A program made the translations under genes and the position numbers. Of a stretch of 64,000 nt of DNA, positions 11,961 to 25,119 are shown piece by piece. Numbering within the stretch: position 1 is the first letter of the stretch; each line of letters opens with the position of its first letter. The stretch comes from Octopus vulgaris (lineage: Eukaryota): NCBI GenBank assembly GCA_951406725.2, contig OX597814.1, positions 158,782,001-158,846,000 on the forward strand. The letters run 5' to 3'. Below the pieces are notes generated by a model. The model made no database searches and was not told where the DNA came from. It was given only the letters and a program-made list of their open reading frames with translations.

Positions 11961-13099
11961 TTCTTCATCCAGGCTGTGAATAATGAGCAGCAATAACTGC
12001 AACAGATTGTAGTAACAACCTCAAGTAATATATTCACACTGCAACAGGAAGCAAATTCTCCTATCATCATCATCATCGTCATCATCACATTCATCGTTGT
12101 CGTCGTCGTCATCATCATCATCATTGTTAATCTAACATTCACTTTTCCATGCTTGAATGATTTGGACAGAATTCATTGAATTCTGATCTCCCTACAGCTA
12201 ATTGCCCTTACTGTTGCCTCCAAGTAAGTTAATATTTCTCCATGGCTGGACATGTTGCCATGGAAGTTTGGAAGTGAAAGGCATCACTTGTATAAAAGTA
12301 AATTGTTTGCAACTATTACACAATATGAAGACAAGGAAACACTAACACCACTGCACACACACACACTCACACACATACACACACTCACACACACACATAC
12401 ACATACTCACTCACTCACTCACTCACTCACTCACTCACACATACATATATATATATATAAAGAAATGCCAAGCTCTAACTGTGGAGAGAGCCTGTGGAAG
12501 AGGCAGACTCAGGAAGATATGGGACGAGGTGGTGAAGCACAATTTTTGAATGTTGGGCCTAATGGAAGTGATGACAAGTAACCAAGACCTTTGGTAATAT
12601 GCAGTACTTGAGAAGACTTCTCAAGCCAAATGAAAACAGAATTGTGGCCATTGCCAGTGTCATGTGGATAGCACTGATGGAAACATAATCATGGCCATTG
12701 CCAGTTGGTGATATTCAAATGCCGGATCTCATGGAGGTGATGACAAGTGACCGAAACCGTTCGCAATATGCTGTGCTTGAGAAAACTCATCAAGCCAAGT
12801 GAAATTGTAGTCATGGTTGTTGTGAGTGTTGTATAAATGACACCCATGGATTCATAGTCGTGGCCATTGCTGGTTTCATGTAAATGACATCATGCCAGTA
12901 ACATGTAAAGAGCACTCTCAGAGTGGTTGAGGTTAGGAAAGGGTGTGCAACCACAGAAACCATGTCTAATCAGACTGGATCCTGGTGCAGCTCTCCGACT
13001 TATCAGTTCCAGTCAAGCCATCTCTGTCATCTACTATAGCCTGAAGCTGACCATAACCTTGTGAGTAGATTTGGTAGACAGAAACTGAAAGAAGCCGTT

Positions 13100-13164
<65 letters not shown>

Positions 13165-13179
13165 ATGTGTCATTGTGTC

Positions 13180-14660
13180 TCCCCAAAACATACAGAGGGC
13201 ATCATATTCAAATGACATCACTATTTACAAACACTAAACAAACACCAAAAACATTGGTGGTATAGGTCACAAAGTTAGATCTAACACATGCAAACCAAGT
13301 AAATATCAAAACACAAAACCTAAACTCTACAACATTTACAGAACACTGACCAAGAAAACTGATCCAGAACAACAGCAGGAAAATATAAATAATAGGATAT
13401 ATGAAGCAGATATACGAATATAAAATTCTAAAAGTGGGAATCATGAATATGACATTCTAAACATGACAATAATTAAGGAATTAAAAGCAATAGATCTCTC
13501 TATGATGCAATGGAAGTGCCTCACAAGGATAAAACTCAACTATGAAATAACAACATTAAAAAGTCAATAACATGGTCATCAAAATTAAATGTAAACAGAA
13601 ACAAACTATATCATGATATCACTAGGTTAACTGTGAGGCTATATGAATAAAACCTCAATACTGCTGCCCACTCACTTGAGAGGTCTTGGCCTGTGAGTTG
13701 CTTGATGAGCTCACTAGTGCCAGCACTATCTAAAAAACACCCAGTACACTGTGTAAAGTGGTTGGTATTAGGAAGAGCACCCAATCATTGAAATCATGCC
13801 AAAGCAGACATTGGAGTTTCACACAGTCCTCTGGCTCACCAGCTCTAGTCAATCTATCCAACCCATGCCAGCATGAAAAATAGACATTAAATGATGATAA
13901 TACAAAGTAAAGTGAATGCCCCAGAAAATGAACAAAACCCAAGCAACATCGAAACGAAAATTACAGAAAAATAGAGAAAATATGAGTGATGATCTCTTAA
14001 TATTTAATGAATAGAATAGTAAAAAACATGACTAAGAAAATAGAAGCGAGAAGAGAAACACCAAGAACCATAAACCTTGAAGCAAGAGATCAATGCTAAG
14101 AATTGAATCTGTTGAAATGAAAAATATTAATGATCTTTAAAAACAACAAACAGTTCAAACAGTTCATAATATTTTGTCAAGAACTAGAGGAAGAAGAAAT
14201 AGAAATTAATGTAGCATCAACAACAAGAGGAATCACATAGACAGGGGATTCAACGTTAATCAACTGAATATTGGGTTGTTGTTGTTAAGTACTGCCAAGA
14301 GAAGCACCTTCTAATACATACAATTATCAGAGCTAACAGACAATAATGTATTTCTAAAATAAATGGTAAAATCTAAATCAAATATTAAGATTTAGAAATC
14401 AAGTTAACCAGAATGTAGGCACTGAAACAGAAACAATCTCTATTGTAATAAGTGACTTGGAAATGAGTGAAAAATTATGCAAACAAATATATGGGCAAAC
14501 CTTCACGATTTACAAATGTACACTACATACAATAGCTCTGCTAAGTATTGCAAACATATTATATAGAGTAATGTGTGATATTTCAATAGAATAGAAAATA
14601 TGAATTCACAGTAAAACTAGCACATTGCTGTGTTTGGTAACACTATGAAAACAATCAATA
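13180..14660 (+). mobile_element. Heavily decayed, internally deleted R4-like element interrupted by an RTE-tail repeat
   Basis: A-rich strand with remnants such as NNKQF and TETISIVISDLEM...IALLSIANILY near 14420-14570. Confidence 0.4.
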
Positions 14661-15814
14661 GAGATAGGTTTAATGAAAGACAATAATGATTTCTAACAAA
14701 AGGCATCAAGGTAACTGAATTGTTAACATGCCAGGCAAAATGCTTAGCAGCATTTTATCCATCTTTACATTCTGGGTTCAAATTCTGCCGGGGTCTACTT
14801 TGCCTTTCATTTTTTTCAGGGCCAATCAAATAAGAACAAGTTGAGCACTGGAGTTGATTTAATTGACTTAGCCACTCTACCAAAATTACCTGGTGCCAAA
14901 TTTGAAATCAATAATTTCTAACATAATTTCCTTTCCAACCACATTTTCTTTGATTCAATCCCACTGTACATCACCATGAGGATGTTTCTTCTATAGTAAT
15001 CTTACATTGACTAAATACTTCTGAGTGAAATTTAATATACAAAATCTATGAAAAAGTCCAATATATAATAATATATAAGAATATTCCAACACCAACAGAA
15101 AGTTTAATTTGATGCTTAATATCTCTGCTTCTTGAGGATAGTCACAGAATTTGGTAAGCTAGCAATGGTCTAGCTTCTCAATTTTTATTCTGTATTTCAT
15201 AATGCATTTTTATATATCACACTAATAGACACAGTGGTTAGCCTTTGTGCTGTTGTTGTTGTTGCTGCTGCTGTTGTTGTTCAATGCCAAGTTACTGACA
15301 ATATACATCACCTTGAATTAAATGTTTTTTTTTTCTTTTTAAAATTTACACATAGTACCAACATATATACTACTTAATCATACTTGCCAACAATATTATA
15401 AATGCATTTAGTTTTAACAGCAGCTATGTACTATATTACATTACCGATGGGTTGTATGATTTATGATGTATCAAAATGAAGCATTCCCTCATTTGTTTTT
15501 ACTAAATCAGGAAAGATAAGTTAAGTTTTTATAATTTTTTATGTATAATTATAATTGTTGAAATTGCAATATAATGATAAATTTTGTAACTGAATCATGT
15601 GATCATCATCATCATTTAATGTATGTTGTCCATGCTGGCATGGGTTGGATGCCAGTAGATCTCCCAAGGATACAAACTCTGATGTTAAAGTCATGTGATT
15701 TGTTGAAACAGGGATAGTGATGTGTTAAATATTTATAAATTCCATCCTAGAATTATTATTATTATATATGTATATATATGCATGTGTGTGTGTGAATGTA
15801 TGTATGTGTATATA

Positions 15815-17444
15815 CAGTTGCGGCCAAAATGTTCAGAACGGCATTGTTTTCGTCAGAAAAGTAGGTATAAGTTTTTATCAAAGTTGTTTTATATTCTACA
15901 ATTTTCACAGACAATAAATACAATATTAATTGTTATTGTCTGAGATTTTGGTGTAATTTGAGAGGATAATACAAAAGTTATGGATGATTTAGTGATTGAC
16001 TGCAAAACCCATGGCGGCCAAAATGATCAGAACGGTTGAAAAAATAACAAAATAATCAAAAATGACAGAGAATACTGGAATTATTTAATATTTAGTGTGA
16101 AGCCCTTTAGCTTCAATCACACTTTGACATCTTCGACTGCATGAGGAAATTAAATTTTCAATTTCTTGCTGGGTGATCTTATTCCATTCTTCCTGAAGGG
16201 CATTCCATAATTGCTCAGTTGTTTTAGGATTTCTGGCTTTCGAACGTTCTCCTAGAATATTCCACACATTTTCAATAGGATTGAGATCTGGGCTTTGAGC
16301 TGGCCAATCCATAACAATAACCTTTTCAGCCTTGAGGAAGTTCATGACCACCTTAGCTTTGTGACATGGGGCATTGTCCTGCATGAATATGAGTGGTCGC
16401 TTAGTTGAATTTCTCAGCACAGGCAAGACATGATCTTTTACAAGTTGTTTATAAACTCCTGCATTTAACTTTCCATGTAATCGCACCAAAGGGCCAACAC
16501 CATCTCCAGATATCATTCCCCAAACCATGACGCTTCCTCCACCGAATTTAACACTAGTCTTAAGGCATTTAGGCAACAATTTTTCACCTACTTTCCTATG
16601 AACGTACCTTTTCCCATCTGAGCCAAATAGCATAAACTTAGATTCATCACTGAAATGCACTGTTTGCCATTTTTCTTGAGACCACAACGCATGTTCGGTT
16701 GCAAAGGTAAGACAACACTTTTTATTCTTGGAGCTGATCAGTGGCTTCACTGCAGGTGCTCTTGCTTGTAGGTCATGTTCAACTAAATGACGAGACACAG
16801 TTTTTTGAGATAAAGTTTTCTTCAATACAATGCTCATTTTCCGAGAAACAGCAGCAGCAGTTTTAAATCTGTCCTTTTTAACCAACTTTACCATAGCACG
16901 ATCTTCTCTCTTGGTCGTTTTTCTTGGCCTACCTGTAAACTTTCTTGCTTCACATGAACCACAATCATCGTAGACCTTAAGAATACCGTGTACAACACTT
17001 TTTGACTTGTTAACAATCTTTGCAATAGATCCAATATTTAAATTATCCTTCCTTCGAAGCTTAATAATCTGCTGATGAATTGGTAACGGAGTAAGTGGCA
17101 TTATATTAACAAAGTACACTGCAAATATTCTTACTAATGGTTAGTAAACGAACCGTCACGTAAACAAATTCAAAACATTAGAGTTCGCCGGTTAAATATA
17201 CTAAAACACGGAGTAAAAGCAACCGTTCTGATCATTTTGGCCACCATGGGTTTTACAGTAAATCACTAAATCATCCATAACTTTTGTATTATCCTCTCAA
17301 ATTACACCAAAATCTCAGGCAATAACAAATAATATCGTATTTATTGTCTGTGAAAATTATAGAATATAAAACAACTTTGATAAAAAATTATATCTAACTT
17401 TTCTGACGAAAACAATGCTGTTCTGAACATTTTGGCCGCAACTG
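15815..17444 (-). mobile_element. Full-length Tc1 (DD34E) DNA transposon with IR/DR-type ~224 bp TIRs and TA TSD
   Basis: TA|CAGTTGCGGCCAAAATGTTCAGAAC ... GTTCTGAACATTTTGGCCGCAACTG|TA; TIRs at 15815-16038 and 17220-17444, each with an inner repeat GG(C/T)GGCCAAAATGATCAGAACGG; 1630 bp. Confidence 0.97.
16085..17101 (-). CDS. Tc1 transposase, 338 aa from the ATG at 17101, open frame
   Basis: HTH region, GRPRKTT, FSDESKF, VMVWG, FMQDNAPCH, 34 residues to E in WPAQSPDLNPIENVW, and C-terminal GLHTKY. Confidence 0.93.
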   Translation of the reverse strand: MPLTPLPIHQQIIKLRRKDNLNIGSIAKIVNKSKSVVHGILKVYDDCGSCEARKFTGRPRKTTKREDRAMVKLVKKDRFKTAAAVSRKMSIVLKKTLSQKTVSRHLVEHDLQARAPAVKPLISSKNKKCCLTFATEHALWSQEKWQTVHFSDESKFMLFGSDGKRYVHRKVGEKLLPKCLKTSVKFGGGSVMVWGMISGDGVGPLVRLHGKLNAGVYKQLVKDHVLPVLRNSTKRPLIFMQDNAPCHKAKVVMNFLKAEKVIVMDWPAQSPDLNPIENVWNILGERSKARNPKTTEQLWNALQEEWNKITQQEIENLISSCSRRCQSVIEAKGLHTKY

Positions 17445-17484
17445 TATATATGTATATATATGTGTGTATATATATATATATATA

Positions 17485-17630
<146 letters not shown>

Positions 17631-19029
17631 GTATATATAAACACACACACATACACTTGTCTTCTTTTGGATTTTGTCTACAAAATCGTTCTGGAGGCTA
17701 TAATAGCAGACACTGTCCAAGGCGCCATACAGTGGAACTGAATCAAAAGCCATGTGTTTGGGATGCAAACTTCTTAATCACATAGCCTACAAAAAATGTG
17801 TGTGTGTATACACACACATATACATACATATACATACATTTATGTATATATCATTCAACCATGCAGCCTCTTCAAAACTTTGTCACTACCTCATTTCTCA
17901 ACCAAGTTCAAAACTGTTAACAGTTTTAGAATAGTCACCTCCCAAGCTACATTTTGGCATAAAAATATTGAAATTTGGTTCAGTGGAAATGTTACGGTAA
18001 AATATGTGAAGTCCAAAAGGGGAGATTAAGGCAAATCACTTTTGAATCAAAGTAACTTACATATTTTGAAAGCAAACTATGAGACACTTCAAATACTAGA
18101 AATAACAGCATATCACTGCCAAAAAGTCTTAGTTATAAAATATATAACTCCCCAAAATTTTTTAATTTTAAAAATCAAAAAAAATATTTTTAATAAAAAA
18201 AATCCCCCAAACGGGTGCATATATGCATGATAAAAAAAAATTACAAAAAACAAAAAATATATGAATGGTTTGAATCAAATAAGTGCATTTTTTTTCTTTT
18301 TGTTTCTTTCAGTAACTGATTAATGGTTGAATGCTTAATTAAACTTACAAGTATAATTCTCATAATTAATTAACATTTTAGCTTGAATGACTCTTTGATT
18401 GACTAATATATTGATTGTTTATATTTTGCATTTAGGTAGTTTGAATCAATATTTAGCATTTCCAGCACAGTAACTTGTGTTTTTTTGACTACTACAATGG
18501 ATAAAAATTGTAGATTTATTTGTTTGTTTATATATTTATTTGTTTGTTTATATATTTATTTGTTTATTTTTGGCATGATCTAAAAAAACTAACTTATTTA
18601 CAACTTTTTTAATATGTTGGCAATCTAACACTGCTTGAAGTCCAACATCAAGTTGTAAATACACACCACCTTTCTAGCATAAATCTATTTCTATCAATTT
18701 ATTCTAATAATTTTCTCTACAAAGGTGGTGAGTGCCCTGCCATGCGAGCATGGTTCCACATGCTGTAAGGTGGATGCATTCGCTCATTTTGTAATCTTAG
18801 TTACAATTTTTGATTTTATCATGGGCCATTGCTCTTACAATTCATTTTTTATTTATTTAGATTAAAACTTATTTTTATCTTAATTCAATCATCAAACATG
18901 AAAAATAATTGAAAATTATTTAACAAAAGTATTAAATAAAATCAAAAATTTTTAATCAAGTAAAATTATGAATTATTAATTGTTCTTATTTATTAATTTA
19001 ATTGCATTGACTGGAAAAAAAGTGGATTA

Positions 19030-19951
19030 CAATGAAAAGTGCGGACACATGGAGGTTAATATTCTTAAGTTATTAAACCTGGAAAAGTACAGAACAAGCA
19101 TATTGATACCTAAAATATTGCAGCTGTAGTTATTTAGATTTAAAAATTAAAAATAATAGTTTTTATTAGCTACTCTATAATTAAAAAAATTAACTCAATA
19201 AATTTAAGGCTAACTGATAGCAAGAATTAAAAAAATTTCAATAGCCTCATTAAAAATGTTTTTTTCAGTTACAAGTTTTTAAATATTCCCATATCTGTAC
19301 AGAGTGGGTATATTGAGGGATTTATGTCCCTGAAATCACATACCATATGAGCTGTGTAGCCCCTCGGCAAGAAAAATTTTTTATATGGTAAACTACCCTC
19401 CCCCTCCCCCCATCACCTCAAGCAAAAAATTTAATTAGGAAGAGTACCCCACTCTCCTGAAAATATCACTGTACCCTCCCCTAAGCCTCAACCCTACCAT
19501 GAAGGTATCAATTGAACTTGCCTCTTTTGAAATTTCCAGACAACCAGTTTTGTGGTGTCTTTATCAATGAATTATAGTGTGCCAATTTTTATCAAAAAGA
19601 TGAGCGAAAATAGAATTTCAATTGAATTCTACTTAAGAACTTTTAGTAGTTCTTAAAAATAGGCAATTGAAAAAACATTTCTAATGGAGCTATTGAAAAT
19701 TTTTTTTATCTTTTGCTAACAGCTAGCCTTAAATTTATTATTTGGCTTAATTTTATAATTATAGAGTAGCTAATAAAAGCTATTATTTTTAGTTTTTAAA
19801 TCTAATTATATTTTAAGATTTTAACTATAGCTGCAATATTCTAAGTACAAATAAGCTTGTACTGTTTTTTCCAGGTGTAATAAGTTGTCCTGTACTTTTC
19901 CAGATTTAATAACTTAGGAATATTAACCATTATGTGTCCACCTTTTCATTG
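19030..19951. mobile_element. Non-autonomous DNA element (MITE-like) with ~240-290 bp imperfect TIRs
   Basis: 19030-19270 (CAATGAAAAGTGCGGACACAT...) is inverted at ~19665-19951 (...ATGTGTCCACCTTTTCATTG); TA on the left, TG on the right; no ORF inside. Confidence 0.75.
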
Positions 19952-19966
19952 TGTATGTATATATAT

Positions 19967-20002
<36 letters not shown>

Positions 20003-20011
<9 letters not shown>

Positions 20012-20307
20012 AAACACCTTTTATCAATTCAAAATGAACAATTAAATTACACCATCTAGAAAATTACATATAACAGAAATATTAAAAATAAAATAACAAT
20101 AATATACCAATGATTAAGGAAATTGCAAAATAATAATAAAAACGTATATATCTACCAAATATATACGTTTTTATTATTATTTTGCAATTTCTTTAATCAT
20201 TGGTATATTATTGTTATTTTCTTTTTAATATTTCTATTATATGTAATTTTCTAGATGGTGTAATTTAATTGTTCATTTTGAATTGATAAAAGGTGTTTTT
20301 TTCTAAT
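20003..20307. repeat. Near-perfect palindrome, 149 bp arms and 7 nt loop
   Basis: 20003-20151 is the reverse complement of 20159-20307 with about 3 mismatches; loop CTACCAA. Confidence 0.96.
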
Positions 20308-20719
20308 TTTTATGTATACATATACTATATTTTGTGAAATTTGATTTAGTATTTCTAAATTGAATTTTTCCCTGTAAGTTAGGAATAATATTCCCTCAAA
20401 TAATTATTATATATATGTATATATATATATATGTACTATTTTTGATTCTCATTCAAGATAGAAACAATTGCCAATGTTTCATGTAATAGGTTTGATAATT
20501 GTTGAGAGATTTCTCTTGGCATGAAACCAATGATAGCCTTGTTAACCCACAAATAACAAATATTTATCTATCAATGTAGTGTTGAGCACTCATTATCACT
20601 GTTCAGTATTAGAGTATATATATATATACATACAAACAAATATATATGTATATTTGTATATATATGTATTTGTATGTATGTATATATATATATATATATA
20701 TATATACATGTGTATGTAT

Positions 20720-20771
<52 letters not shown>

Positions 20772-21199
20772 ATGTATATACATGTGTGTGTATTATTCAT
20801 TTTATATATATATATATACATTTGGTAGAAATAAAACACACAAGTATAACAGGGGAAGTTTATGAGGTAAAGAAGAAGGCGCAGATATATGAAGTTAGAC
20901 ATGTAAGATATATGGTGGAAAATGCTAGGAAAAATTTTTTAAAAAACAATAACAATCAAAGAGTATGTAACATGAAAATAAATATGCCAAATAAAAACAG
21001 AAAAGAGAATCTAATGTTTTCAGTAATCTCTTTTATCAAAGAAAAGGAAGAATTTAAAGGAGGGGGAAAAGAAAGGGGAATGATAACCAAATTTACAGCA
21101 TCTGTTTACATCACTAGTCTGGGCTATATGTATAAGCACATGCATATAATTATATTCCTAATCATATAAATATACCTGTGTGTGTGTGTGCGTGTGTGC

Positions 21200-21234
<35 letters not shown>

Positions 21235-21298
21235 TAAATATACAGATATCTATCTATCTATTTCTCTCTCTATATATATATATATTTATATCTATATA

Positions 21299-21366
<68 letters not shown>

Positions 21367-21624
21367 TGCTCCTTGCTGCTAGTGTAATGTTCACAGATTC
21401 TGATTTTCAAAAGTATGTGGAAGAAGTTTTCAGTTCTGTCATCTTGTATTTTATCCTATGTGCTATGTAAGTATATTTGCTCCCACTGCTGACTTTCTTT
21501 ACTTGGCTTATTGCTGCTTTCTGTCCCCTCTTTTACACTTTTCCAATGAGTTTGCAGTGCATTTGAGTAGTCTATATAAAAAACTCAATATTGTTGTTGT
21601 TGTTATTATTATTATTAATATTAT

Positions 21625-22239
21625 GGTGGCGAGCTGACAGAATCTTTAGCAGGCCAGGCAAAATGCTTAATGGCATTTCATTTGTCTTGGTGCTCTAAGT
21701 TCAAATTCCACCAAGGTTGACTTTGCCTTTCATCATGATGAGGTTAATAAAATAAGTACCAGTAAAGTACTGGGGTCAATGTAATCGAATTTTCCCCTCC
21801 CCCAAAATTGGTGGCTTGTGCCAAAATTTGAAACCATTATTACTATTATTATTATTAAGGCTGCGAGCTGGCAGAATCGTTTCGTCCATCTTTACATTCT
21901 GAGTACAAATTCGACTTTGCCTTTCATCCTTTCTGGCTCAATAAAATAGGTGTCAGTTGAACACTGGGGTTGATGTAATTGACTCATCCCCTTCTCCAAA
22001 AAGCTGCCCTTGTGGCAAAATTTGAAACCATTATTATTATTATCAAGGTGGCGAGCTGGCAGAATCATTAGCACACTGAGCAAAATGCTTAGTGGCATTT
22101 CATCTGTCCTTACATTCTGAGTTCAAATTCTGGCAAGGTCGACTTTGCTTTTCATTCTTTCAGGGTCAATTAAATAAGTACCAGTTATGCACTGGGGTCC
22201 TCCCCCAAAATTTCAGGCCTTGTGCCTATAGTAGAAAGG

Positions 22240-22279
<40 letters not shown>

Positions 22280-22297
22280 GCAGCAGCAGTGGAAGTG

Positions 22298-22357
<60 letters not shown>

Positions 22358-22472
22358 ATGTGGTGAGCTGGTACAAGTGTCCAGTGTGTCAGGAAAATGC
22401 TTTTCTGGCATTTCTTCCAACTCTTCACATTCTGAGTTCAAATCTTGTCAGGGTCAACTTTGCCTTTCATCC
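21625..22472 (+). mobile_element. Head-to-tail array of four family-A tRNA-derived SINEs separated by (ATT)n
   Basis: Heads GG(T/C)GGCGAGCTG(G/A)CAGAATC at ~21625, 21858, 22045 and a degenerate head at ~22359; B-box AGTTCAAATTC; (ATT)n or (AGT)n spacers. Confidence 0.88.
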
Positions 22473-24046
22473 CTGTCAGAAGATTCATTTGGTATGACCA
22501 ATTGCTCTTTATAAATTGTATTTATAGATCACATTTATAATTTGCCATTATCGATTATCAATACTGCATGATTTTGCCTAATTTCTATGGTTAGATGTCT
22601 TTCCTAATGCCAATCACTTTACAGAGTGTATTGGGTGCTATTTTTTTTTCTACAAGGCACCAGTACTAGTGAACTTGCCATGCAGCTTTCAAAACTAAGA
22701 ATCCCATTGGCTGAGTGAGGCTACAATAAAGAAGGAAATAGCTTTTGCTTTCTGCTGTTCTGTGAAAATTTTCAAAAAGTTTTGAAAATTTAATGTAGTT
22801 GTGGTGTTTGAAATGGAGGATGGTCAAGACAAAAACAGGATTTTCAAAGCATTATTTCAACAGGGGTTATATTTTAGTGTGATGTCAGTTAGACAAGTGG
22901 AAGAGTATGAGGTGTCTTTATCCTTGATCTAGCCATGAACATCCAACAAAAACAGCCAATGTTTTCTCTGGTGATGCAAGTGATTGATGCTGAAACTCCT
23001 GAATCCATGATAGCATGGAAAAAACATACTTTTACATATTTGCTTTTTACAAACTTAAAAAATGAAGATCTTGATCATGATGTGGAAGAGGAAAGGGAGG
23101 AGAAGGGGAGGAGGATACAAGAAAATCCATTTACTCACTAATACTTAAAACTCGTACTGGCCCATTCAACTTCCTTTTTATGTTTAATAATGCTTCTATA
23201 ATCTTTATTCTTCTGAACCATCTGTTACTCACATCTCAATCTACCACTCTACTTCTGTGTCTCATTTTCAAAACCTCCACCAAAAAAAATTCAGCCCTGG
23301 ACTGCATTGGAATATTTCAGAGAAGTTTGCTTTTCATACTTTCAAGGTCGATAAAATGACTGATATATTTGACTGTTGCCTCCTGTGGCTTTGTGCTGCC
23401 TATATAAGATCTGTATTTTAAACAAGAAACTGACTGCACAAACCTCACTCCAATTATCTCTCTCCCTACTGAATTAGAGAACTTCAACAGCCTACTGGTA
23501 TGACTGCACCGCCCCTTCAGTCTTACAAATAAAAGTATTCCCTTAGAAAAAGCAATAGACTGTTCTTGTATTTTTTTAAGAAATGATAAAATATATTATG
23601 TTGATTTAAGCCTTGAAACTATTGATAGAATCTCAATGCAATGAAGATAAGAAAGTAGTATTAAATATCCTTAGGAAAAGATAGAACAAGATAAGTGAGT
23701 GTTGAAGGGAATTTGTGGTACATGATTTATTTATATACACATGAACAATACGTGCAAACATCAGTGCACTGCAAATAGAAGAGGCAATTAAGAAAAGCAG
23801 AAATAGAAATCTCATAACTTGATGTCATTTTAGGAAAGATATCTGAAGAAAAACAGGATATCTTTTAATACTTTTATTCTCTATTCTCTGGCTGGTTTTC
23901 ATCCTCGGACTATAGCCATGCTGGGGCACTGTCATCAAGGGCTTAGTCAATCATATTAATCTCATTACTTATTTAAGTCTATTACTTAGTTGATCAAATT
24001 CTACTTGTCAAAGGACATACACAGATTGAATACAAACACTGATATG

Positions 24047-24112
<66 letters not shown>

Positions 24113-24181
24113 TACACACACACACATGCTCACACATGCACACACGTGCACGTACATGTGTGTGTGTGTATGTGTGTGCAT

Positions 24182-24218
<37 letters not shown>

Positions 24219-24279
24219 TGTGTGTCTGTGTCTGTGTGTGTGTGTCTGTCTGTCTGTCTGTCTGTGTGTGTGTGCATGC

Positions 24280-25110
24280 AGCTTGAAGTGTTTCAGCTTA
24301 CAAGACAATGTGCCAGGGAAAATTGTGATATTGTTGGAGAGAAGTGTGTTCACATGGATGATGATTTATTTGCAGTTAGTGACCCTGCAAAGAAAGAGGC
24401 TTGGAAGTGTCACTATGAGAGGTTGCTAAATGCAGAGAATTCATGAGAGAAGGAGAGTTTGCCTACTGTGGATCCAACAGTGGGACTAGGTATCCGAATA
24501 GACAGTAGCATTGTAGGTAAAGCCATAAAGGATATGAAAACTAGGAAAGCCCCAGCCCATCAGGAACCAAGCTGAGATGCTTAAAATATCTGGCAGTGTG
24601 GGTTATGGTCATCCATATAGTTAAGCAGGTTGTACACGAAGGAATTTTACAAAATGACTGGTGTAGTAGAATCATATTCAATAGCTACAGACATAAAGCT
24701 TAGACAGAAATAATTACAGAGGTATAAAATTATTGGATCAGATGATGAAAGTTAAGAAGAGGGTAATAGCCTAACTAATTAGGAAGAGAGTTAGCTTAGA
24801 TGAGATGCAGTTTGGTTTTGTTACAGGGAGAAGGATCACTGATGTAATATTTCTGGTAAGGCATCTGCAGGAGAGGTACCTAGCCAAAAATAAACCTCTG
24901 TACTTTATTTTTTGTTGACATGGAGAAAGCCTTTGACAGGATCCCCCACTCCATTATCTGGTGGTCAATGCAGAAACTAGAGATAGATGAGTGGTTGGTG
25001 AGAGCTGTACAAGCCATGTACAGGGATGCTGTCAGTAAGGGTTGGCAATGAGTATAGCTATGAATTCAGGGTACAAGTAGGGGTTCATCAAGGATCAGTC
25101 CTCAGCCCCA
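24280..25110 (+). pseudogene. RTE LINE fragment (linker and RT N-terminal half)
   Basis: KKEAWKCHYERLLN, NYRGIKLLDQ, EMQFGFV, DMEKAFDRIP, VGVHQGSVLSP; collinear with 46690-47550. Confidence 0.9.
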
Positions 25111-25119
25111 GTGAGAGAT

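Noticed and set aside
21625-21715. tRNA-like A and B boxes
   Set aside because: These are SINE heads; no complete cloverleaf or terminator, so no tRNA gene is called.
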